DNA of 64,000 nucleotides from Camelus dromedarius. Taxonomy: Eukaryota. The position numbers and the translations under genes were made by a program. Below are positions 25,001-38,147 of this stretch, piece by piece; within the stretch, counting starts at the first letter, position 1, and every line of letters begins with the position of its first letter. The stretch spans positions 78,246,001 through 78,310,000 of the forward strand of contig NC_087436.1 in assembly GCF_036321535.1 (NCBI RefSeq). Reading direction: 5' to 3'. The notes under the pieces were generated by a model that saw only the letters and a program-made list of their open reading frames with translations, was not told the origin of the DNA and made no database searches.

Positions 25001-25879
25001 AGGTAGCGTTTTGAGCTGCTTAAAATCATGCCAAAGCACAAGTAGGAACAAAACAATAATCTAATTATTTTCTAACTTAGGGTGCAAATGATTTTTGACA
25101 AAGGGAATACTTACTATCAATGGGCTTTAGTTAGAACTCCATGGTGGACCACCCTCTCTACTAGAAAAACAGGTAAATCAGTGTTACAAGAAGTAACAAG
25201 GTCTTTAACACGAGAATGATAATTCCAAACAGTTAAGTCATTACGAGGTGCTCTGGAGTATGGGGAAGTGAGTGCTTTTGTCATTTGATCAATGGGGTAT
25301 CACAAATTCATTTGCCTGTCAAAATTAGCCCTCTTAATAGATACACCGGACTAAATGCATATCCATCCAAACGTGCACCTGGAGGATTCTGAACATAAAG
25401 ATGCTGCAGAGCCAGAGTTTCCGCCGTCAGTTCCAATAAACACTGATGCGTCCCCAAGTAAGGGTTCAGATATTCATATTGGTGAGATCACATATTCAAA
25501 AATATGTGGACCATGTTTCCTGGAATCCATGTGCTCCTGGGAAGACTCAAATGAACACCAAAGCAGGTACACCACAAATCACACATGTCTGAGAAGCCAG
25601 CACGCACCACTTCTGCAGTGTGCTATACACACTCTGCAGTGAATACTCTGCACCAGCAGGAGGGAGTCAGGGAGAGGGGAAGGAGCCCAGGGGCCCTGGC
25701 AGGGCAACCACAACAGCCCGCCATAGTTACAGTCAAGCTCTGTGTACCACCTTGGTCATGTGAACCTGAACTTGAGCCTGGGAACCAGCCCACCACTGAT
25801 CAGGCATTCTCTGTAGCCAGTTCCTCTGCTCTCCACCTATATACGTAGATGCTCAGGGGTCTCCCATCGTAAAAACAAA

Positions 25880-26202
25880 CACGTCTTCCTTACATGGTTT
25901 CCCATCACAATTAATTCAGGTCTCTTGCTCAAATGTCACCTCTTCATCGAGGCCTTACTTGTCTCCCCCATCTAGCACAGCACCCATGGGACTTGATCAC
26001 CTGCCCCTCCATCACCGTTCTCCATAGCACTGGCACCACCTGACCAGGTATAAGGTATCTCTTGACTGCCGTCTCCCTGCTAGAGTGTGGTTGAATGTTG
26101 TTCTCTTTAGTCTACCATTGCATCCTGAGGATCTGGAAAATCAGGCACTCATTAGGTGCTCGAGAAGTATCTGCAGAGTGAACGACTGAATGAATAAATG
26201 AA
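25880..26202 (+). mobile_element. L2 LINE 3' end
   Basis: 'gctcaaatgtcacctcttc...gtgctcgagaagtatctgcagagtgaacgactgaatgaataaatgaa'. Confidence 0.75.
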
Positions 26203-26890
26203 GCAATTTAGTTCCTTGATCTATAGTACAGGAGCTATACTGGCTTTTTGTTTATGTTTTATTAAAACAGTGGCTGGAGGTATATGTTCATTTTCTAAGC
26301 ATACACTTCATGATTAAGTGATATATTTTTCAAGCTAAAAGAGTGAGGGAAAAAGATACAGATATTAGTGCACAAAACAATGCTCTAGGGGAAAGAGGAG
26401 GAAACAGAGCCGAACCCATTCCCCTAGGAACACAGCAAAGATAGATACTCCTAAATGATGGAATAAATGAGCGAGCTAAGAGGATCACACAGAGGGATCA
26501 GATAAACAAATACTACGGTTGTGAAAATGTTTTCCAAGTTGCATAAATAATAACTCAGCAAGAGAAAGTGCTCAATGGATGCTGGATAAATAGGTTGATG
26601 ATATGTAGTATAGAAATTAATTGGTGAATCTTCAAAATCTGCATAGCCCAGAACAGAAACCCAAATAATTTTTTTCACCAGGAAGATTACATTACAAATA
26701 CAATTTTTATGACCAATGGCTGGATATTCTTAACATCGTGACTTTTTAAGAGGACCCCATGTTCCAGTTCTAGGTGACAATTTTTATTTATTCAATCATA
26801 GCTATTATATGGGTCATAAACTTGAATGCCCACAGGAGTCAGGCAGGCAATGTAAATGAAGGAGGTGGGTCTGGGGCTGTCTGGAGACAG

Positions 26891-26929
26891 CCTGCCACGG
26901 CCGCCACGGCCTGCCACGGCCTGCCACTG
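26891..26929. repeat. Four tandem copies of CCTGCCACGG
   Basis: cctgccacgg ccgccacgg cctgccacgg cctgccactg. Confidence 0.85.
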
Positions 26930-28049
26930 GGAGAGCGGCTACTCCGCCCCAGCCAGGAATAGCACCCATGGCGTTAGGAAACCTGGTTTTCTGCTAAGAA
27001 TTCTTGATTTTTATTGTCAGCAACAAATTCAAACACTTGATAAAAGCCACGCAAATAAAACACATTCCAGTTCCTTTGGTTTGTGACAAATTATTTAAAT
27101 ATGAAACTCACTGGAAGAACAGAAGTGATAGATCCACTTCCTTATCATCTGACTAAATTCCATAAAAATATTTGCCACCTACACAAACCCAGGTCTTTGT
27201 TAGTTATAAATGAGGGAAAGGTTGAGGGAAATCCAAGACACTCGAGACACAAGATAGCAGCTAAGGCTTTACAAATGGGACATTAATGGTAAGATGACTT
27301 CATTTTTATCCAGACTTTTAAGGTCACAATTACAATTCAGGGCTAACAATTCAGTTATCAGGTATTCATTAAATAATCACAAGTTTCTGATCAACATACA
27401 AAGTACTTAAAAAGCAAAGTAAAGATTTAGCTGGCATACTTACTATCTAATGTATTAGTTTAACTAAAAAACAAGCCAACAACTAACATACAAACACCAT
27501 TAGTATTTGTGGTTTCACTATTTGCAAGTGACCCCTAAAGGGCCATGACATGTAAAGATCCATCAGCTCCTTGATGATGAACTTGGTGAGTGAACCCAGC
27601 AATTACCTAGCATGTGCCTCTCCCCAGTTTTATTGTTCTCTACGCAAAATCACACACACACAAATCTTTACAAGGTGTCTAAAAGAGGTTTATTTAAGTT
27701 TCCAGACATACTTCACTGCACTGTGATCAAATTTAAATGTTACCCCAATAATAGCAATATTGGGAGATTGACGAAAGTATTGGTATGTTTCCCTGATTAA
27801 CACCAAGGTGTACCTCACCTGTTTACACCCAGTGAAAGCAACTTTTACCTTCATGGACACCTCCCAGTGCCAGGAGGCTTCCCCACCCTCGCAGCTCTCT
27901 CAGTCTCCACCTGGCTTCACCATCTCAGTGAGCATTCGTGTCCTGCCTCCTAACCCCCACTGCATCTATTCTCCCACTCATCAAGCCTGACAAAACTCAG
28001 CCATCTCTTTCTCGACTTCCTAGCTCGACCTGCCAGCCTGGTGGGATAC

Positions 28050-28510
28050 TGTATCCGTTTAGGTCCAGTTGCAGACAACATACACTGCTATACCTGGTTT
28101 AAGCAAAAAAATATATTTTACTGCTGGGTTTTAGATGCTTAAAACAATCATTAAAGGAAACAAAGAAACAGATTAAGTCAAGCTTCCAAGAACAGCTCCC
28201 ATGATTGCTGAGCCTCTGTCATGACCTAAAAAGCTCCTGTCCCCAGGATGAAACAGCCCATCAGGGAACTGTTGATGGAACCAAGCCTCCTCCACCAGGA
28301 CGGAGAGAGCCCTGCAGCTGCAAAAGCCAACGAATCAGGAAGGTAGGACCTCACAGGTTGACTCCTGCTCCTTTTACACATCAAATCTCTTACTAGTGGT
28401 CCCACAGCAGGGATTCAAATCACACTGGGAAGAGAATCTTAAAAGGTTTTAATCTGGCAGCCAGTGTAGAGCATACTAGAGGGAACGTGGAATGGCAGTC
28501 CAGCATGGCA
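28050..28510 (-). mobile_element. Ancient MaLR/ERVL-type LTR (subfamily uncertain)
   Basis: Begins tgtatccgtttaggtccagttgcagacaac, resembling the reverse 3' end of old MLT1 LTRs. Confidence 0.4.
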
Positions 28511-29450
28511 GTCCACAGCGAGTACCACCAAGTCCCTGCCCAGGATCACACCTGGGTGCTCCTGCTGAGTCTTGTAATTACTGAGGGTTTTATGGTTGTT
28601 TGCTTGTTTTTTTGTTTTTATGTGTGTGTGTCTTTTATTGTTGTTGTTGTGTTTGTTTGTTTGTTTTTTGGTGAGAACCCTTGAATCCCAGAAGAGAAAA
28701 TCAGAGTAGTCACCAGTAGAAAACAGGCAGTGCTGGTGTCTGGTATTGGACATGGAATGGATGTTTACAGGTCAAAAAGAGAAGGTACAGGGATCACTTG
28801 AAGACTGTCCTCATAGCAGTGCCCCTTGATAAGGTGGGCAAGTGGAATGTTCTATCTCCTGAGATGGGATGTAGTAAATCCTTTATGTCTAAGGGCTAAA
28901 AAAATTGGAAGTGCTGGACCATCTAGGAAAGAAGGAGAACTCTGGGTGGTGGATCCCCAGCCCTAATGCAAGAAATGACAAACTCTGAAATCGGCACTCA
29001 CCATCCTACCCACAGCAAGAGGCCATTCCTTCATTCCTGATGGAGAGGGAGCTGATGAGGATCACCCTACCAGGTGACAGGGATCAGTACTGATGTCGCA
29101 TAACCTGGAAAAGCATCTATGCCCATGCTAGGGCAGGGCACGCAGGTGCACACTAAGCTGAGGGAAGAGGGAAGTGGACACTCTTATTAAAGTGGTGAAA
29201 TTCACATAACCACGCTGCGACCATGCTATCTACTCTATATCTGGCCCTACTCTTACTCTGAAATGCTCCTGGTTTCGTTCCTAGAACATTCTCCTTAAAA
29301 CCCTGCTCCCCCACTTCTGACCCTTTCTTCTCTTAACACAGCCTTTCTCCTACGAACTACCGCAACTTCCCTCCCCTCCTTTTCTCTCACCTTCTTTCTA
29401 CACCTTTTCAAGCCAGTGCCAGTCTCTCTCTCCTTCCAGATCTTCTAGAG

Positions 29451-29631
29451 CAGGGGTCAGGGCCTGTGTTTATAAGCCAAGTTTTACTGGAACACAGCCA
29501 TGCCTTTCTTTGACCTACTGTGGACAGCTGCTCTCACACTGTGATGGCAGAGCTGAGTAACAAAGACCATCTGGCCCACAGTCTAAAACATTTACTATTC
29601 AGGCCTTTACAGAAAAGTTTGCTGACCCCTA
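29451..29631. mobile_element. MER58A hAT-Charlie MITE
   Basis: TIRs caggggtcag / ctgaccccta; 8-bp TSD ttctagag / ttctggag; internal 'gttttactggaacacagccatgcc'. Confidence 0.88.
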
Positions 29632-30546
29632 TTCTGGAGGATCTATCCCCTTCTACCCTCTGAAATTTCCTCTTATCAATATCTCCCTTCTCTCTGCCAT
29701 CTTCAACCTCTCCGTTTCTATGGTTCCTTTCCCTTCAACCTATAACATTTATATCATTATTCAATCCCTCTTCAACAAACCCCATTTGAGTACCTACTAA
29801 GTGCCAGGAATGGGGGCTACAAATATTAATAAAACACAAACCCTGCCCTCAAATTGCTTGCGGTCTAGAAAGGGAAGGCAAATATATAAGCAGCTAACTT
29901 TTCTCTAATATTTCAGAAGACAGGAAGAAAGTCCAAGCAATGCTCATCTCAACCTGGGGCGATTAGTGGGGGTCAAGCACATCAAAGAAGTCCAGAAGAA
30001 CATACAAACAACAAATGCTCATCAGAGTGGTGATTCTTACACAATCTTCACCAGCTTGTCTTCCCCTAACCATCCTCGCTCTCTCTCTACCAACCGCACT
30101 CTCCCTCTCTCTTTATTGCTAACATTCTTGACCTCCAACCTGCTCTGTCACTCCTTGCTGCCTGGTTCCATAGCACCGCCCCACTGAAACTGCTCCCTCA
30201 GAGGTTACAGGGCTCCTGGCTGACCTGTTTACAGCCACAGTTTCATTCTCATCTCACACACCCTCCACACACAGTATTTGACTGATGCCCACTCTTACAC
30301 TCAATTTCCTGCCTAAAAGCTCTCCATGGCTCCACCTGTCCAAGTTTCAGATCCCCTAGACTATCATACAAAGCTTATTCCCAATCTCTAAGTGCCTTCT
30401 TGCCCACAGAGCACTTTACAAATCCACAGGTAGACCCCATTGTGTATCTCCTTGCCTCTTTGGGCTTTGCCCCTTGTCTGGGGTGGTCTTCACTGCCTTT
30501 CCCCATCCTCCAAACTCCTAATTATTCCTCAAAACCCAGTTCAGGG

Positions 30547-30685
30547 CAGGAGGGAATAGCTCAGATGGTAGAGTGAGTGCTTAGCATACACAAGTTCCTG
30601 GGTTCAATCCCCAGTACCTCAAACACCTAATCATCTCCAACTCACAAAAAAGAAGAGAAAAAGAAAACCAGCAACAAAAACAAAA
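30547..30685 (+). mobile_element. tRNA-Ala-derived camelid SINE (Vic-1 type)
   Basis: 'ggagggaatagctcagatggtagagtgagtgcttagcat...ctgggttcaatccccagtacctc', A-rich tail, degenerate TSD aaaacccagttcag / aaaaatcagttcaa. Confidence 0.88.
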
Positions 30686-32792
30686 AATCAGTTCAAGCAC
30701 CACTCCCACTGGGAAAGTATCCCAAGGGGACTTGGTCATCTCTTCCTCCCTCCCTCCTCACTCCCCTCAGAGGACCTGGCAGAGGCTCTGCTGAGGGTTC
30801 TGGGCTCCAAGTGCTCGCTTGCATGTGCGACGCCCTCTGCTTACTGTGTAAGGGGATCATGGGTCATACCTCTTTAAATTCCAAGGGCTTGGACTAAATC
30901 CACATAAAGCTGTATTAAATAAATGATTAGAGTACAGCCAGGCTTGGCAGTTCCAACCACGGGGAAAAAAAAACTGAATTCCTAAATATATCAAGACGAG
31001 CTATTTCCCAGGCACACATCTCTTAAAATTCAGTAAACTTTCAGAATATGCAAATGACAATAAACCTTCCCTTCAGCACATTAGAGTGACAGTTACAAGA
31101 AAATGACATAAAACTGCTCCCTGAGGAACCATCTCAAGATAGCATCAAATATTCAGGCTTGTCACTAGGAAGGGCACCCCCTAAGTCACATTTTTTTCAG
31201 CTTTAATAACAAAGATGGCACGGTTATCGGTATATTTTCATTATCATCTCTGTCTTTAGAACTATGGGCAGAAAGGTACTTGCTATGAATGAGAAACATG
31301 TGATAGTAGAGGACGAATGGGTCTGGGGCAGGTAAGTATGACAGATGTGGATTTATGGTCCAGGGGGCTCCACCTTCCCCAGGATGGCAAGGTAGACAGA
31401 CACTCCACCCTTGAGTTTCCCCCATGAGCACCGGCCTATCCCAGTTCTTGAAGACAGAATGAGACACTTGTCCAGTCAGAGTCTGTCCCAGATGCCCCAC
31501 CAGAGCTTCTGGGGTCCACGAGAACCCTGAGGCAGGAGGAAGAAGGCAGGACACTTCCCCACAACGAGTATTCTTGCAGTACCTACACTTGGGCATACGG
31601 TATTGTAGGGAAGTTACGATTATGTCACTCCGCACACTTTCAGGAACAATTCTGGGTTAAATTCAGGCCCAAGCAAAGCCCATTGCCAATTCTGTGGGGG
31701 GCAGAAAAGCATTCATCACCTCCTGTAAAAAATTTTCCACTTTCTGGCTCCTGCATGTACTCAGCTAGTCAAGTGTCAGCCCAGAGCCTGGATCTCATAT
31801 GCTTTGCGGCTTTCACGGTGACAACTGCATTTCTAAGCCTGTAGTTGCAGGCAAGACAACATTTGTAATTGTCTTGTTGGCTGAGGGTAAAACAAATACA
31901 CATTTAGATCACAACAGATAAAGGCTTCCTCTGAATTAATCACACACGGGAGGCCAGAAACACACTTCTATCAGGGAAATGGAATCTCATCCTGGCGAAC
32001 CCACCCACAAAGAAAACAGAACCACATGAACTAAAGGGAAATTTTAGAATATTCACAGTATCCTTGAAGCAGGAGCTTTTGTTATGAAACAAATCTCCAG
32101 AAAAGCATCAAATAGAGAAGGCTGAGAATGTCTGAAGGTGAGTGACCTCAGGTCAGGTTTCCAGGGAATCCCCTCCACCCCAGCCAATGAGATCACACTG
32201 ATTACAGACTGTGCAATTCTTTCAGAAGTGCACTTTTTACAGGCCCACTGTGTGCTTGGCACGGAAGGTCATGAAGCCCACTCCCATACCCCACTGGCAG
32301 GAGCGAGAGGCAGCACGAGCCCTCTCAGCGAAAGCCCCTCACCCCTTGTCTTCCAACACGCGAATTTGGAACGGACATTTTTGTTGTTGTTCAGAAAGAA
32401 CTGGGTAAGTTAGACTATGCTTGATGAGGAGGAGGACGAAGGGAGAAAACAGATTTTGTAAAAAGCAGATTGTGTATGTAGAACCACCATGTAACACCAG
32501 GGCCAGCCATTGATGGTGGAAGGTCAGCAGAACAGTCATTAGTAAACAAACTCATTGTTCGCTGGGCAAGCAGATTGAGAGAATCCAGAAGAATGCACAA
32601 AGAGCCCCTTGCTTCAAGTTGGAGTCACGTTGTCTAATGACACTGACTTTTCCCAGAGGTGAAGTCCTTTTATGCTGATGTCTCTCTGGGGACTACGACA
32701 TATGACAACCCATGAGGGAAAATTTTCTCTCCTCTTCCCTTCCTTTCACCTTCCTTCCTTTCCCATCTCTTCCTTGCTTTTTCCTTCTCTAC

Positions 32793-33195
32793 TCTCATAG
32801 GTCCAGTTCCCCAGGGCACAGACTCTGAGATGCAGAGTCCGGTGCAGGAACTTTCCTAGGAAGTACGCTGGGAAGCACAGCTGTGCAGGGTTGAGGGAGG
32901 CGGAACTGGGCAGAGGGAGAAGTTGAACTCAGTTGTCACTGCGGCCTCGACCATCCCCGCTGGGAAATGTAAAGCTGGGGTGGCCCTCGGAGATGTCCAC
33001 AGTGGGTCTCGGTTGTGCTGCCTTAACTGGGGGGGGGGGGGGGGGTTGGGCCCTTGAGAGAGGCAATGCCCTTCAAACAAGGGCAGTTTCTGGGAGAGGA
33101 CTCAGCTTTGAGCCCTCAGCAGCCAACACACTGCCCTGCCAGCAGCTGGGGAATGAGTAATTCAGTCCTGAGAGGGAGAGCCAGGCACAGCCACT
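32793..33195 (-). mobile_element. LTR16-family (ERVL) solo LTR
   Basis: 'gttccccagggcacagactctgagatgcagag...ggagaggactcagctttgagccctcagcagccaacac' is reverse LTR16. Confidence 0.7.
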
Positions 33196-33883
33196 GCTCC
33201 TCTCCCCTTCCCTTCCTTTCTCAACCCTTCCCTTCCCTCCCCTTCTCTTCTCTTCCCATGGTCCTGAGTCCTTACATACCTCTGTCCTCCCTTCCTCAGG
33301 GTCCTGCCTCTCCTTGGTCTATGGGACAAGTTTATAATACTTCCATTCCATCCACCTCCAGTCGAATGAGGTAATATCTACAAGCCAATCAGCCTTTCAC
33401 ACTGACAGCATGTACCCTCTCTTAGCAGATCTGCAGTAAATTTCCAAGAGAAAATTCTCCTTTTTATCTGAAGTCCACACTCCCAAACAGGCACCACATG
33501 CTACCCTAGCCTTAGTATGTGCCAAGGCAGCAGTAGGATCTGTCAATTTAAAAGTCTCTACCGGTCTTCTACCTTAATACATAAGACTACATCGGCTCCT
33601 TGGGTTGCCCAAGTCTTGTATGTGCCATGATCACGGCCAAAGAAAAATAAGCATTAACGCAATAAATATCTTAATTGAACTGGAACATGAAAAGTAACAA
33701 TACTGTGCTAGTTCTCCTACATGAAGCAAATGTTCATCAACACTACTGCTAGCTACTTCAGATCCATGTGTCATTTAATATTGACAACAACCTCGCAGGA
33801 TTCTCATCTGCAAGGAGGAAACTGACTTGAAGAGGCTATGAAATTGCCTAAGATTACACAGCTAGGAGATGCTAAAGGCTGAA

Positions 33884-34294
33884 TGTAGCAGAGATGGCCA
33901 ATTGTTCACTAAAATCCATACTTGTCCTCCTTGATATTAAGTGTCTCTTTGAGGAAGCCACCCAACCAGGGACCACGTGTTCCTTCCCTCCTTGTTCCTA
34001 GGTAGGGTCCTGTGGCTAGTTCTAGTTAAATGAATGTGAGCAGAAGTGCTATGTGGTACGTGTACCCTCTTTATGCTCTCTTCTCTGTCTGCCTGCCATA
34101 TACAGTGGGCTCTGCAGCCCCAGTGGAAAGCAGAGCCATGAGATAGAAAGAGGCCAGATCCCTGAATCACCAAGTGGAGGAAAGCCACCCATCGATGTTA
34201 GACTATCGCGAGTGATAGCCACAGTTCTGCTGTGCAAAACTGACATGTAGGGGCTTACTTGTCATTACAGCTAGCACTACCCTCGTTAGCACAC
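33884..34294 (+). mobile_element. MLT1I/J-type MaLR solo LTR
   Basis: tgtagcagagatggcc...'gaatgtgagcagaagtg'...'gatccctgaatcacc'...acagctagcact...aca. Confidence 0.7.
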
Positions 34295-35504
34295 AACATG
34301 AAAGCGAGACTTCCACTTATGCATTCACTTATTTATTCAACAGAATGGATGGCAGCAGTCACTGGAGTAAACTCTACCAGCTAGGTATATACTGCACACC
34401 AGGATGTAAAGACGCGAGTGACACGGTCATTTCCTTCTAAGAGTTCATGGTGCAATGAAGAAGATTGTTCACACTATGGAAATATTGAGGGGGAATGACT
34501 AGCCCTGCCTGCACTCATTTATGGGGTTTCTCCCCTGGGGAGGCATTGCTATTTCCATGGCAATCTTATGTTCACTTATATTTTCTAAATGTATAACATT
34601 AATATAGATTTTCTCCACGTGGATATTCTGATAAACATAGAGACCTGTTTTGAAAACAAAGCAAAACAAATAAACAAAATCCCTGAAATGAATTGGGGGA
34701 GGGGAGTTGTTAGAATTTTAAGTCAGACAATATATTCAGTGATTACTAATGGCTCCCCCAAAAATAATTTTTTGAATGTTGGGTACTTCTGTCCTCTGCC
34801 TTCAAAAAACTAGTTAGTACAATGGATAGATTAAGAACTACAGTAAGTATAGGTGCAATAAAAAGTGGCTTTTTTCCCTTCTTGGTCTCACTTTAAATTA
34901 TGTATTCTGGTGAGATGGGGAAAAAAACCAAGTAGAGCATAAGAGATCAAAGAACTGTATTTCTACACACACATTCCTATCTCCCTTCACCCTTACTCCA
35001 TTACCCCAAACTTCAAGGCTGGCCCAGAACCTTCCCTCTCCTGTCCTAATTCTGTTTTCACTGGTAGAAAATCCTTTTCTTGCCTTCCTGTGTCCGGTCC
35101 ATCTTCCATCCCCCTCACCCCTCCACGTCCACTCATACCCCACCTTCCCCATTCCTCAGGTGTTTCAGCCTACGCCATCTCCTTCCCTTTTCTGAGCAAC
35201 TCTACATTTGCCATTTAGCTGTAATTAGGAATTTAATTCTCCTTTAAATATTTTGTTTACATTATTCCTCTTCCAATGAGACTGAAAACTCCTCAGAGAC
35301 ATAAAACATGACCTAATTTCTTTTCTCCGTGTGCCCAGAAATGCATTGAGCACTTACATAATCAAAGAAAGAAATGCCTAGGGAGTGCCTGTCTTTTCCT
35401 GGATGATCTCCTGGGGTCTCAAGACAAGAGGGCTTTTAAGCCTTCTGTGGGCTTTAGCAAACTTTGAGCAACAGGCAACTCAACACGGTGCTGAGGAAAG
35501 AGCC

Positions 35505-35870
35505 CAGGATCATGAGCAAGTGGATATTGGTTTCGCTTCCATTTCAAGCCCCGCGTGGCCATGGGTGTGGCCCCTACTTAAACATCTCTGAGCCTCAGTT
35601 TCCTCATCTTTTTTAAAATTTTTTTAATTGAAGCATAGTTGATTTAAAATGTTGTGTTAGTTTCTGGTGCACAGCATACTGATTCAGTTATATATTCTTT
35701 TTCAGTATAGGCTATTAGAAGATATTGAATATAGCTCCCTGTGCTACGCAGTAGGACCTTACTGTTCATTCACTTTATATATAGTACTTTGTATCTGCTA
35801 ACCCCAAACTCCTAATTTATCCCTCTCCCCACCTTAGTTTCTTCATCTTTAGAAAGAGAGTAATACCTTC
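35505..35870 (+). mobile_element. MIR SINE interrupted by an L1 fragment
   Basis: 'tacttaaacatctctgagcctcagtttcctcatct' core resumes after the insertion. Confidence 0.65.
35612..35835 (-). mobile_element. Short young L1 3'UTR insertion
   Basis: T-rich tail, 'aattgaagcatagttgatttaaaatgttgtgttagtttctgg'; 15-bp TSD agtttcctcatcttt (35597-35611) / agtttcttcatcttt (35836-35850). Confidence 0.9.
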
Positions 35871-36726
35871 CTCTTAGAAGCAAAACAGGTTAAGTAGAAG
35901 AAAGCCCTTCAAAAACTCTACTTTAAGGGATTTCCTTTTGTATTGAATTAGTGGGTAACAGAATCCAGTCACTCTTGTCCAAAGTAATTCTAAAAAGCAT
36001 CTTAATATTGACTAAAGAGGGATTACATCTCAGAACAAAACAGCCCTCCCTTCTAAATCCATGCTGCTCCCAAAAGCAAGTGACTAAATAAAGGAAAGAT
36101 GTGACACAGTTAACTCTGTGCCCTTTGCTTCTGCAACCTAATTCTACAAACTTCTCCTCCAGTGGAACCAGGAGGGCAATGGCGAACTGTCTGGTCACAA
36201 GCCCAAGCTATGAACAGTATGGAGAGCTGTCTGCAGTCACTATGCTGCTCATTAACTGTCCCATCGAAGGCGACTCAAGGCGGGGAGAGAGCGCTCTTCC
36301 AAGATGGAGCGGGGAGGCCACTGAGTTGGGGGAGCCAACAGGCAGGGTCTCTTGCTGCTCAGTCAACAAGCTCCAGGCCTCACTGGGGCTGGGCTCCTGC
36401 GGAGAGCTTTATCTTTCTGTCAGCTGTGACTCCCCCTCCTCTCATTAAGGCATGTCCTGGGGTCTTCTTTTCAGAAGCCAAGGCAGCATTCTTTATTCTT
36501 CAAGATGGCTCTCCTAATTGGTGGAGGGGGGCTGGGAGGTGCACATTCAAGCAGAAGCAAATGTTTACACAGTTCCTCCTCAGCCCCTCTCCTCACCAAT
36601 ACTCACAAGACGCCTGGGGCACAGTTTCCTTGAATGTTGTCAATACAGGCTCTCTCCCTCCTCCTTTGTCTGTCCCTACTGCCTCCCTTTTTATACTCAC
36701 TCTCTCCATGGTCTCTTCATCACTAT

Positions 36727-36950
36727 GAAGCAGGTTAGGAGCAGAGGCTCCAGGGTCAGACTGCCAGGGATTGAATCCTGGTTCTGGATAAATTTGGGCA
36801 AGTCACTTCATCCTCTGCTTCCTAATCTGTGAAACAGGTAACAGTATTCTCCACATAGGGCTATTATGAGGATTAAATGGCATAATGTATATAAAAAGCG
36901 TTGCCAAGCTCAGTGCTTGCCACGTGATAAATGCTCAATATCCATTATCA
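36727..36950 (+). mobile_element. MIR SINE
   Basis: 'ggctccagggtcagactgccagggattgaatcctggttct...tttgggcaagtcacttcatcctct...gaggattaaatgg'. Confidence 0.8.
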
Positions 36951-38147
36951 TCAACTGCCCTCTGACCACCTATAACCTAGTTCCTGTCTCCCAGGAAACC
37001 CTTTAACATCCTTCCCCCAACCTAATCCAGCCATTTGACTCAGTTATTTGAAACACGATGCATCAGCTGAGATGATACCAGAAGACCAAGCACTCTTCCC
37101 ACAGGTTAAGGCTGTACTCGGGACTTGTGTGCAAAAATGCAGAGTACCACAGACCACGTGAGAAGTCACAATTTCCTCCGACTGTATTCTAACCTGGGTG
37201 TGATCTGAAAGTATGAATTTCAATGAAACAAAGGGAAGAAATTCCCCCCCATCAATGATGGAAAAATTGCTGCAATGTGATTTTCAGCCAGAATCAATCA
37301 CTTTCATTGTTCCCCCAACTACCTTCACACATTTAAGAAGAAGATTACTTTATCATAATACCAGTGTTTCAGCTTTCAGCAGGAGGGGAATTTAAGAGGG
37401 GAAAAAAAGTCCTTTCATACAACAATGACAAATTTAGCCAGCCCCAATCATTCTCCATTATAATTAAAGTGATGATTACTGAATTTTTAGTTTCAAGATG
37501 GTAGACATTTTCCAACCTTTCTCATCTTAAAAATCACCCCAATACTCAAGGAAATAAGAACCAGAAATAGAAATTCAATCTTTGATCAGTCTAGGAGACA
37601 GTTTTAATGCTGAAATAAATTATAAGATGGCAGAAAGCAACAGAGAAGAAGATAACTCGCTAGAGAGAAGGAAGAATGCATACATCTAAGTGCTTGCAAA
37701 GGAAGGTAATGCAAAAAGCAAGTTAAAGATACCTACAGAATCCAGGCAGGCTGGGAACACAAGAATCTCAGAAGGTGGGGTAAAGCTAGGTCTGACTCCT
37801 GCATTCCCACCCCTGCAGGAGAAAGTGAGGGTCCACACTCAGAGATGAGACATAAAATGGGGGAGTAGAGGTGAGGCATACAGATGGAAACAGAGAGAGT
37901 AGATGAAAAGTCTGCAGATTGAACAGAGAGAACTTGCAGAAGATTGAAGGAAACTTTAGAAAACCTGAACAACTCCCTGACAAAATACTACAGATTCTGA
38001 CATTTGAAGGTCCCCAGTGAAAAATAAGTGTCATCCTAAAGACCCTACAGTGAAAGCCACCAGCTGTAAAGTCCAATGAATAGACACAGGACTTCCAAAC
38101 AGCTTAGTAAAGGCTCATTCATAAACATGAATGCCCAGGAGTGGAAC

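Noticed and set aside
33029..33045. G17 run as a functional G-quadruplex
   Set aside because: Homopolymer inside an LTR16 fossil; length is prone to slippage and sequencing error; no supporting context
36101..36832. Longest ORF cluster (188, 115 and 104 aa)
   Set aside because: No recognisable domain, overlapping frames, no convincing splice boundaries, and the last ORF runs into a MIR; GC-richer DNA has fewer stops
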